From: the human T2T-CHM13v2.0 reference genome, Homo sapiens
Length of the DNA stretch: 64,000 nt
NCBI RefSeq assembly: GCF_009914755.1
Contig: NC_060934.1
Direction: 5' to 3' (one strand)
Below the pieces are notes generated by a model. That model had not been told where the DNA came from. It was given only the letters and a program-made list of their open reading frames with translations, and made no database searches. Below are positions 48,121 through 64,000 of the stretch, one piece after another. How positions within the stretch are numbered: the stretch's first letter is position 1; the number at the start of each line of letters is the position of its first letter. The position numbers were made by a program, and so were the translations under genes.

Positions 48121-49132
48121 TAGAATTCCTATTTTTGACAATTGTTGCAAGCAGCTCAGCATTTAAGGTATTTCATGCAAACTAAATTTTCTATGTTATT
48201 CAACTACCTTTTTCTGAACCGTATATATAGGCACTGATAGAATATTAAGATTTAAAAAATAGAAGTACTCATCCTACCTTGTGTATTGTTTTACGGAACA
48301 GAAAAGTAAACTACTTTGGTTTTCCTATCAGCAGAGTGGTACTGAAGTATACACTTTTCAACAATCCCAATTGTTAAGAAAAGGGAAGATTGAGTTGGCA
48401 TGTGTTTTTGTCCTTCACTCGTCTCCATTTCTTTGATCCTGGAATAAAGACATCTCCGAAGACAGGACAGAAGCCACATCCTAAAGTTAGTACTCAAACC
48501 CCCAAAATATCACCAGACAACCTATAATAAAACAAAGCTACATGTATCAGAACTCATTGCAGGAAAAGAGAGAAAACACTACCTCAACAGTCTCCATAGT
48601 ATCTCCAAAGGGGAAGGTCAGAGAAGAACATAGGATTTTGAGTTTAGACTCAAGTGGTTTAAGGTGGATCTTTAGAGACAGGGAACCAATTGAGATCAGG
48701 CCAAGTTCAGGACATAATAGCTTAGAAGAGGTGCACATAGCAAGGTGAGGGTCTTGAAGTAAGTCTTGGTAAGCAAACCGTTGTTTTAAGTGTGTTGTTT
48801 GCCCAGGTGAATAGACTGCTGCTTCAAATAGCGATGTGCAGAAATTTCCTGCAGCAAACAGTGAAGTTACCTACTGATTACAGTCTTTTCCTGGGGCAAC
48901 AACTAAGCAGTGCTGAATTGGGCATTTCCCAGAACGAACAACTAAGCCATGCTGAATTGGGTATTTACATACTCAGTCTTTAGCCTTAAATTCTCTCTCT
49001 CTCCCCTTTTTTTTTAACTCCAGAAGTTGACACAGGTGTTCTCAGTTCTTAAGCCTAATAGCTATACTGTTGATGTAGCTGGTTGCAGTTCTTAAGAGTA
49101 AGCAAGAGACTGGACAGACTCTGAGTCCATTA

Positions 49133-49514
<382 letters not shown>

Positions 49515-50210
49515 TCACCTCCAGATTTCTTGTTAAGTGAGGGGAAAAAAATTGACTAAGCCTATGTAACTAGGTTTGTGTTACAGGCAGCAAAATTCAA
49601 TTCAGTCAATAGACCTTGAGAAGGAAGAAATATCACATGTTAAGGAGCCCCAGGCTCTTAGAGGATTTTCTGGAGAAAGAGAAGTGAACATTGGCCAAAG
49701 CTGAAAGACATCCTAAACCATGCTAAGAAGATTAGGTTTTCTCTGGGGTGCAATGGAAAACCTCTTAAGAATTAGCCAAAAAAATTACACGATCAGATTT
49801 GCATTTTCCAAAACTCTATGGGCATTTTGGAAAATAGATTAGAGAAGGGCAAGATTAGCATCGAGAAGACCCCTAAGAAGGATGCTGCAACAACCTAAAA
49901 TTAATGCTAAGAATCTGAACCATGAGGATCGCTCTAAGGAGTCATTCATTCATTCCTCCTTTCCGTAAATATTTCTTAAATGCCTATTACTTGCTAGGCA
50001 CTGTGCTCAGCACTGGAGATTCAATAGTAAACAGCCCAAACAGACCCTGCGGGTTTACAATGGAACACATGTTGAGTTCCTACTGTACACCAAAGGCTTT
50101 ATGTTCTTTATGTCAATTATCTTCTAACTGTGTATGTGTGTGTGTAGCAGGGTACTATTATTATCATTTCTCTTTACAGATGAAAAACTTGAAGCGGGGT
50201 ACAGTGGAAA

Positions 50211-50345
50211 AGCTGAACACAATGGTGTGCACCTGTGGTCCCAGCTACACAGGCGGCTGAGGCAGGAGGATTGCGTGAACCCAGGAGTTTGAATCCAGCC
50301 TGGGCACCATAGTGAGACCCAGTCTCTTGAAAAAAAAAAAAAAGA
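50211..50345 (+). mobile_element. FLAM monomer
   Basis: Short monomer plus A tail. Confidence 0.82.
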
Positions 50346-50504
50346 AAGAAATAGAAAAACCTGAGGACATTAGAGAAGTGTATGAATTAGAGAGGTATTA
50401 AGGAGGCTGACTAATTTTATTTCTTCTAACAGCATGTTGCTCTGTGATCATACAGGCTTTTTATTCTCCGTCTTTCCATGTGATGCTTTATGTTGTATTG
50501 TTAA

Positions 50505-50852
<348 letters not shown>

Positions 50853-51072
50853 ATTTCTCCTGAATTATTGAACCACATTCCCCAGCAGGGCATCTATTCC
50901 CTCTTCTAATTACCCAATTCTCCGTTTCTTTCTTAGCCTACTCCATTCATGGTCTCCATTCTGCAATTAGACCTTGTTCTAGCAAAGCTCCTTCTATGAT
51001 CCCTTCCATATCCAGAAGGCCCACCTTCTGATATTCATGTATAAGCATAGGAAAATATCTAATATAGAGTAC

Positions 51073-51439
51073 TGTATTAGTCGGTTCTCACACTGCTAAT
51101 AAAGACGTACCTAAGACGGGTAATTTATAAAGGAAAGAGGTTTAATGGACTCAAAGTTCCACATGGCTGGGGAGGCCTCACAATCATGGTGGAAGGCAAA
51201 GGAGGAGCAAAGTCATATCTTGCATGGTGGCAGGCAAGACAGAGAGCATGTGCAGGCCAACTCCCCTTTAAAAAACCATCAGATCTCATGAGACTTATTC
51301 ACTATCACGAAAACAGCATGGGAAAGATCCACCTCCACGATTCAATGATCTCCCACTGGGTCCCTCCCATGACACATGGGAATTATGGGAGCTACAAGTT
51401 AAGAACAGATTTGGATGGGGACACAGCTAAGCCATATCA
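51073..51439 (-). mobile_element. THE1-family MaLR solo LTR
   Basis: TGTATTAGTC...GCTAATAAAGAC...GCCATATCA; perfect 5-bp TSD AGTAC (51068-51072 / 51440-51444). Confidence 0.92.
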
Positions 51440-51519
51440 AGTACAAAAGGGAATGAAATGTACTTAGCTTTTTGCCTCTCACACATGACTTACCTGGTGA
51501 GGCTTATTATGCGTCAGGC

Positions 51520-51875
51520 ACACCTGCCTACCTTCTGTTCCCTGAACCCTCCCCAGTCCTTCCCATCCTAGGGTCTTCAGCCTTGCTGCTGCCCTCTGCC
51601 TGGCTCTCTCTTCCTCCAGATTGGCACCTGCTGAGCTCCTTCTTGGTATTCAGCTTGGGGCTTAAATATTAACTCTTTGGAGAGGCCTTTCCTGACCACT
51701 CAATCCAGAATGATCTCAAATCTCTTTCTATCACGGCCTTCTGCCACGTCTGCATTTTTTTTTCATCACTGCACATATAACCATTGGATATTTCCTCACT
51801 TATTTGTTTGTTCATTACCTCCAGTAGAGATAAGCTGCATGTGCAGTCGTGTAGCAAATGTGTGTTGAATGAATG
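51520..51875 (+). mobile_element. L2 3' region
   Basis: CCCTCTGCCTGG...GAGAGGCCTTTCCTGACCAC...TGTTGAATGAATG. Confidence 0.7.
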
Positions 51876-52137
51876 GCAGGGCAGCCCTGCTACCGACCTA
51901 GGCTAGAAGGCTTTACTGTGTATGCACCTCCATCAAAAGGACATTTCCACTAGTGATTCCTACAGCACTTTCCCTGCCAGGCATTCAGCAAGCACTGAGG
52001 AGCTTCAGTTCAAACCCCGCCCCGGGGCATACTCGCTCCAGCTTTTGTCCTTAAACACTTACATCTTTTTCACCAAAGCAGTTCCAAAGCTTGAGCTTAG
52101 TATAATAAGATCTTCTTGCCATGGGTGAGCAGTCTAG

Positions 52138-52527
<390 letters not shown>

Positions 52528-53401
52528 TAACAGAATGGAAGCAAAACGGAGACCAAGAATTTCAAAGAATCAGGAAATCAGAGGTAGAAACAGAAAGTAG
52601 AAATGTGAGACTCCTGAGAATTCCCCAGAGATGTGAGGCAAGAGCAGGGATTGGGGAACACTGGACTTCATAGTGTCAGATGGATGAGGGACTCAACGCA
52701 GTTCTGCTTTCACATTATAGAATGGAGTAATTGAATAGTAAATACTGAAATCCTTCTGCAGGATGACTATGTTTATTATATATGTATATATTACATATTA
52801 TATATGTATATATTATATATGTATCCAGGTAGCTACCATCTATATTACTTAAATACCAATAATTGATCTATAGCCCAAGCTGGACCTCTCTTTTAAACCT
52901 TAAGCTGTATTTCCAACAGCCTCTTGTGAATCTCTGTATCTATTTTATCTCTATCATGAGCATTTCTCTTTTGGGATTTTTTGTCTACTCGGTATCTCAA
53001 TGTTGGTCTCACTTTGGGGAAATCTTTCTTTTCATGGGTCTTTGGAGGAGATAGACTTCTACCTCCCACTTTAGAAACAAAAGAATCAGAGAGGGTGGGG
53101 AGACATCTGTTCTACATCACAAGTAGGGTATGGGTGTGTTACCTGTGGTTCCTCATACTCACACCCATGACCATGAGAGAGTGACCCAGGAATGAAGAGT
53201 CAGCTGGGTTTCTGCTCATTTTTCAAGCCTCATTGTGAGCCTCCTCATCAATCCTGTGAGCTACTCACAACGTTCCAATCAAGCCCTTTTCTGCTTAATA
53301 TAGTCAGAAATGGTTTCGTTTGTGTCCAAATAAGCACTCTCACTGATATCTGTCTATCTATTGAGTCTGTCTCATAAATATATCTTAAACCTGTGTCCAT
53401 G

Positions 53402-54119
<718 letters not shown>

Positions 54120-54354
54120 TGAGATTAGAGTTTTTATTGGTTTCCAAAGTGAGTGTAGGGAAAGGCTCTCCGAAGACTTGGCCGAAGAGGAAGACAGTGG
54201 ATAGTTTCTGATCATTGGCATGACTGCAGAACAAGGAGATGCTATTCCCTAGATTGTGTGGACTCCTTTGTTACCGTTTTTGAATGAAATGTCCCTTAGT
54301 AATCCCCTCTCTCTCTCATCAGCTGCAAAGCTATTTCCCTACTTATACTTGTGA

Positions 54355-54727
<373 letters not shown>

Positions 54728-54816
54728 AAGGTTTTTTTAATTGCCCAATTCTCCATCCTGGAAGCGATCTAGTATGAAGCGAGTTAATACTTGGTGCTCT
54801 TAGGATGGGTATTTAG

Positions 54817-55143
<327 letters not shown>

Positions 55144-55587
55144 TCCAGGGAAACATATTATTTTTAAAAATACCTATGGGCTCTCTAAATTCCAGGTAAA
55201 GCAGACCAGAAGAATGACATACTCCCATTTCTGTCTAGCACAGTTCTTCAGGTACATCTTCTCTTCCCTTCCCTGTCCCTGTATCTGTTCATTCTCTTAC
55301 TCGGCTGAGGGAATTCTGCAGTATCACTTCAACTACACAACTACATAATTGTTCCCACCATTTCACATCTCAGTAATAATAAGAGGAACGTCTTTGACCT
55401 TGGCTTGCCCCCTGGTGATGGGACAGAAATCCCCAACAGCATTCCTCTTTTCGCCCAGAGATCTTTAGGTAATAGACTGTCAATTGACCAACTCCAGTTC
55501 CTCCCTTTTAGTGCCTGCATTGTGGGCCTCGTGCAACTGCCTCTTGGAATCATCTCATAGATCTTATGATTAAGATTTCTACAACCA

Positions 55588-55925
<338 letters not shown>

Positions 55926-56366
55926 TTATTAGAAACAGCAAACTGTCCTTTGGTCCCACAGTTTGTCCCATTTTCCAGCTTTTTTTTTTAAACATCTGCT
56001 GAATTCCTTTTACTCATTTGGAACCTTAATGAAAGGAGCAGATGTCAAACGGGTACTGTTCCCTCCAGCCCTATCTACTGCCTGTTAATGCACTTTCTTT
56101 CTTCACTCCTCCCCACATCACTTCCTCCATGATGTGTCTCTTTCTCGCATCTTCCCGTGGCAGGCCTGTGCCCAGTCCCTACACTCCACACACTGCCACC
56201 CTCTCCTCGCCTCCAGACCTTTCCCCTCTCCAATATCATCTTCAATTCCTCACATGTGCACCCCGTCATCTTCCCCAGTCCTCTTTAAATAGATGGGAGC
56301 TCTCTTTCAAACAACCCCTTCCCCAAATAGGCAGCTTATTTTTCTTTTATAAAAATAGGATATAAA

Positions 56367-56697
56367 GCCGAGGCAGGTGGATCGCTTGAGGCCAGGAGTT
56401 TGAGACCAGCCCGTGCAACATAATCAGACCCTGTCTCTACAAAAATAAATTAAAAAATTAGCTAGGCATGGTGGTGTGTATCTGTTGTCCCAGCTACTCA
56501 GGAGTCTGGGGGAGGAGGATCACTTGAGCCCAGGTGTTGGAGGCTGCGCTGAGTCATGATTGCACCACTGCACTCTAGCCTGAGGGTACAGTGTGACACT
56601 CTGTCTCAAAAGAAAAGAAGAGAGGAAAAGGGAAAGGAAAGGAAAGGAAAGGAAAGGAAAGGAAAGGAAAGGAAAGGAAAGGAAAGGAAAGGAAAGG
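56367..56697 (+). mobile_element. 5'-truncated AluJ with (GGAAA)n tail
   Basis: Alu followed by a pentanucleotide repeat. Confidence 0.88.
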
Positions 56698-56746
56698 ATG
56701 TACTCACTATGATTATAACATTATCTCACATTACCTTTTAAATAAA

Positions 56747-57104
<358 letters not shown>

Positions 57105-58284
57105 TGAATAATTTAAATAATTTTTTGCTCTTATGTATGAGCCTATAGACTCTAACATAGGAAATAGCAGAGGCAGATATGTCATATTATTATAATAAAT
57201 CTGAGTATATCACCTGGACACTTCTTTTTCAACCTTTATTTTTATTATTCTAATCTTTCTCTTGCCCTTGAAAGTCAGGAAGGGGAGATATTGAGGCTCA
57301 TCTGCCTATCTTGTTGGTGACTGGGAGATTTCAAGTGAGAAAATGGTGAAAGCCCTCTAAATACAGCCACACTTTACAGAAATGCGATGCATTGCCACAT
57401 AACTTCTCTCTCCTGTAACATGACGGACCTTGTACTCTTGCAATATCTCTGTGTTACCAGTGGATTTATTCCCATTTTATAGATGAGAACACAGGCAGGG
57501 ATTGCCCACAATCGTAAGGCAGACTAATTCCGAAACTTGTATTTTATTTTGAAAGTCAATTAACCCTGTATATGTGGATTTATTTTTGGACTCTACTCAG
57601 TCATTCCTGTTTTATAAACTTCCTATGTTTAAACATATGGTGCTGTAGTAAAAACGTTATTTGGAAAATACATGAGGTCTGCTTTTTCTCAAATCAATGT
57701 CTTTTAGTGCCACATAAGCATCACAATGGTACTTTTTAAACGATCAGCAGCTAGATAAAATAACTGTATATGCAGAAATTAAATAGCATAAAGCACTAAC
57801 CAAACACAAGGAAGGTTTTGTTGTATATCTTTTAACTCTTGCACCCAAACGTACTCACTCTCCTCTTTATTCTGATTAGCCAAGGAGATCCCACAACAGG
57901 ACAACCATTTCAACAAAGCAGAAATTAATTAAAATATTAACATGAATATGTATTAATATTATGCATTCGAGCATTTATTAGGTAATGTGTGGAGTGATAT
58001 GTGTCTGAACACACAAATTTAAAATGAAAACAAAATGAAGAAAATTTTAAATCTTTAAAGCCCACACTAAAATTGCTTTGTTGATAAATTCAATCACCTA
58101 TGCTTTAGTGAACCAACAAAAGAAAATCACTTCTTCAAGTTAGAAAGAACAGAGTCAGTGTTCATACTATTTTGTATTATATAGTATTTTTCTTTTTAGA
58201 ATTGCAAAGTTTGCTCTGCTTTTTCCGTTAAAAAGCCCCATTAATCTTTTAAAGACACCTTTAAGATTGTTTAAAAACAATCTT

Positions 58285-59540
<1,256 letters not shown>

Positions 59541-59564
59541 AAATGCAAGGGTCTTTTTATTTTT

Positions 59565-59872
59565 TATGTTTATTTTTAATTTTTTTAAGAGATAAGGTCT
59601 CACTCTGTGGCCCACGCTGGAGTACCGTGGTGCAATCATAGCTCACTGCAGCCTTGAACCTCTAGGCTCAAATGAACCCCTTGCTTCAGCCTCCTAAGTA
59701 CCTGGGACTACAGGTGTGCCACAATTCCCAGCTAATTTTTTTAGTTTTTGTGTAAACATGCTGGGGCTGTCTCACTATATTGCCTAGGCTGGTCTCAAAC
59801 TCTTGGCCTCAAGCCGTCTCACCTCGACCTTCCAATGTGGTGGGATTACAAGCATGAGCCACCATGACCAGC
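59565..59872 (-). mobile_element. AluJ
   Basis: Diverged dimer, reverse. Confidence 0.88.
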
Positions 59873-60591
59873 TCAGAGCACTTTTCATATATAGTAGTAA
59901 TGTCTTTAGTTAATATAATTGATTTCGACACTGAAATCTTATTATATTTTGGCCCATTCTCCTTCTCTCTTTCTCTTTCATATTATTGAATTTCTAGAAT
60001 GCTATTACAACCTATTTAATGTATTTTATGTTATGTATTCATTCAAAATGAATAAAGAGCCTGTTATGGCCAGATACTTGCTATGCCCTGAGAAGATAAA
60101 GATAAGGGAATCCAGTCATTATGGTAAGGGCCTATTGTCAGCATTATGTTGAGGAAACATCTGCTAACTTCAAACCACACCTTATTTAGGCCTTTTCTTT
60201 GGAAGATGACACCACATGTTATTTTATTTTTATACTTTTCTCCATGTAGAGACATTTCTATGAAGAAGAGGAATGTATCAGAACATGTACTTCAAGCCAA
60301 AGGACAATTCTGCAAGAGAGAATGAGAAGTCCTCCCCTGGATCTGATTCTGAATCTTGATTCCAGAATTCACAAGTAGGCTCGGTAGTCACACTGGGTCT
60401 CACATGAGTGGGATCTGAGCCTAGGCCCCCTGAACCAACGGGGAAGAGTGTGACCCCAGCCAGGCTGTGATAGGGAGGGTTATAATAACACATACGCAAA
60501 AGGCCCCTCAGAGAACACTGCAGAAAGATGAGAAACTTGCATCCAGGACCAGCCTTTCCAGAGGGCAAAAAGGAGACTCTCCCAGCATTTA

Positions 60592-60915
<324 letters not shown>

Positions 60916-60950
60916 TCACTGGATAATTGTTTTAAAAAACAGAACAATAA

Positions 60951-61263
60951 GGCTAGGCATGGTGGCTCATGCCTGTAACCCAGTGCTTTGGGAGCCTGAG
61001 ATAGGAGGATCACTTGAGGTCAGGAGTTCAAGACCAGCCTGGGCAATGTAATGAGACTCTATCTCTACAAAAAATTTAAAACAAAACAGGCTGAGCATAG
61101 ATAAAAGTCTACTGGGGAGGCTGAAGCTACTGGGGATGCCAAAGCAGGAGGATTTCTTGAGCCCAGGAGTTCGAGGCTGTAGTGAGCTATAAGCATCACA
61201 CCACTGTACTCCAGCCTAGGCAACAGAGCGAGACCCTATCTCAAAAAAATAAAAATAAAAAAA
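60951..61263 (+). mobile_element. AluJ with rearranged right-arm start
   Basis: Dimer. Confidence 0.85.
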
Positions 61264-61544
61264 CAAAGTCTACCACCACCCTATCACCTAAAAGCCATTA
61301 TTACTGCCTCAGAAAAGTTAGCCAACTTAATGATTATAATTAAGAAAACTTTTCTAACAGAAAGTGCTATGATGATCTATTACACAAATTATTTTGAAAA
61401 ACATTTTTTAAAAAATGATACTAATGAAAAAAAATCACAACAGGTATAATACAACCTAAACTCATTTACAAGTATGAAACCCCCACACATCCTAGCCTTG
61501 ATTTTAAAATAATACTGAAATATTTACAAGTCAAACATTCTTAA

Positions 61545-61868
<324 letters not shown>

Positions 61869-62659
61869 TAAGTTATGTTTAAAAAAAAAACATTATAAAA
61901 GTGCAATTTTTAAAAATCCTAATGCAAGAAGACAATATGGAGACAATAAAGGGGTTTTATCCTAAGTACTACTTTGGGACCCTGGAAATGTTTTAAAAGA
62001 CTCAATTGTTGCTACCACATGACCTGGCTTCATATCTTTTTCCAGTCCAGGTTGTGGCACATGAAATCTAGAGCTCTCCTATTGCCTGCTGTGGAAGACA
62101 GAAATTACAGAGGAAGGAGAGGCTCACAGAGAAAAGAAGGAAAAATAATAAGGAAGAGGAAAGACAGAATAGGAAAGAGTTGGAGGAGAAAAACAAAAAT
62201 AAAACAGGTTGAGAAAAATAGGATAAGTGAAAAAAGGAGGAAGAAGGAGAAAGAGTGATGAAAACAACATATGAAGGAAACTGAAAAGTGAGCTGCTTAT
62301 GCAGATTTAGGGGTAAAGGAAAAGCTTCACCTCCGCCCTCTGAAAGATGTGCTGAACATGAATGGACAATAGCCAGGTTAATAGAAGAAAACAGCAAACA
62401 AATGTATGTAATGTGCATTAGCACAGGGGAGTCACAGAAGGATGATTACCCAGTAACCCAATGAGGCTCAGTTGCTTTTATATCCTTCTTTGTGGAGGAA
62501 TGGGAGAAAAGGGAAATATGGCTATTTTTAGACGTAGTGAATGATTTATAGGGGAGATGAATGAGCCCCATGCTCAGACAATGGTAAGTAAATGATTCTC
62601 TTTGGAAATTGAATGGGATCAGAGAACAGATGATAGTTTGGGACAAAGTTCATCTGGGC

Positions 62660-62954
62660 TCCAGGTGTGGTGTTTCACTTTCAGTCTCCTCTGTGATACA
62701 AGCTTTAATCTTCTCAGGTTAATGAAATTTCAGGGAGGATATTGAAGGCAATTGTGTTCCTTTTTGGCGGGTCCAGTTTCTACCTAGATTAGGGAACTTC
62801 AGAGAACATTCTCTTCTTGTGCATTTGGGAGAGACAGAAGGTGAAGAGACAGGAGTTGGAGGTGGGGAGAAGGTCAGAGTGAACTTGAGGCTGCTTCTTT
62901 ATTTCAGTATGTCAAAGCACCATATTTTGGGGTATCGTTTGCTGATCCCCAACA
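62660..62954. mobile_element. ERV1 MER4-group LTR fragment
   Basis: TCAGTATGTCAAAGCACCATATTTTGGGGTATCGTTTGCTGATCCCCAACA terminus. Confidence 0.55.
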
Positions 62955-63058
62955 TGTATGCAGTGTTTACATATAATTTGCTTCTATCTTTATAGACTGG
63001 GGTGTATAATCCAGTGGTTTTCAGATTTGCTTTCATTGTTACTATTTAAAAAGCTAAA

Positions 63059-63170
63059 GGGTACAACGTTCATTATTTGGGTGATGGGTAAGCTAGAAGT
63101 CCAGTCCCACCAGGATGCAACACACCCATGTAACAAACATGCACGTGCACCCCCTGAATCTAAAATAAAA
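63059..63170 (+). mobile_element. L1P (L1PB-like) 3' terminal fragment
   Basis: GGGTACAACGTTCATTATTTGGGTGATGGG...CCATGTAACAAACATGCACGTGCACCCCCTGAATCTAAAATAAAA. Confidence 0.8.
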
Positions 63171-63178
63171 TAGCTAGA

Positions 63179-63493
<315 letters not shown>

Positions 63494-64000
63494 TTATAAT
63501 TTTCTTTTTCTTCTCACCCACCCATGACATTAATCTAGAATTAGGTGGAGCAGGCAAAAGAGGAGAGATTGGGCCCCTGGGAATTTGTACCGAGTCGCAA
63601 ATGGCTCATGAGTTACTGAGAACCCTCACTGGAGAACACGTGCCTTGTGGAAACCCTCTTGTGATATAAGCAGCAGGGGCACCCCTGCCAGTTTCAAAAT
63701 CGTGTGACAAATGGACACAGACCTGTGCCCCCCACTGTCAGAGCCTATCTGCTCTCTACAGGGGCTTCCTTTTGAAGAGTCAAGCTTCTTGCCAAGCTAT
63801 CTTTCAGCCAAAAACCATTTTCCTCTAGTTTACAGGAAAAAGAGGAAGAAAAAGCCCACCCATCCTTTTCTGGGTTGATTATTTTCCATTTGAAATTAAC
63901 GAGCTTCCCACGATGAAGCCAAGTTGTTTTGTTCGGATAATGAAATTGCATTTTTGCTTCACACGCAGCAATTCAAACTAACGTGGGCTCCAGCCATTTA

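Overview
Human-like primate genomic DNA, very repeat-rich (about 58 Alu-family fragments plus L1, L2, MIR, MaLR/ERV LTRs and hAT/mariner DNA transposons), with no intact protein-coding ORF. The window opens in a CpG-island promoter and non-coding first exon on the minus strand, which I recognise from memory as MPP7; the rest is its upstream region. The only gene-derived element is a complete processed pseudogene of the KRAB zinc-finger gene ZNF101 (34578-38124, minus strand, 12-bp target-site duplication, TSD), consistent with ZNF101P1. The most informative observations are: (i) this retrocopy preserves an AluJ insertion inherited from the parent that cut the zinc-finger array and supplied an Alu-encoded C-terminus; (ii) a CCAAT-array solo LTR12 points toward the gene; (iii) a candidate RFX/CRE upstream promoter; (iv) several repair or recombination scars (a templated insertion, a trimeric mosaic Alu, a tail-less inverted Alu). 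I found no convincing novel multi-gene system. Repeat subfamily names come from by-eye comparison with remembered consensus sequences, and boundaries are approximate except where TSDs fix them.
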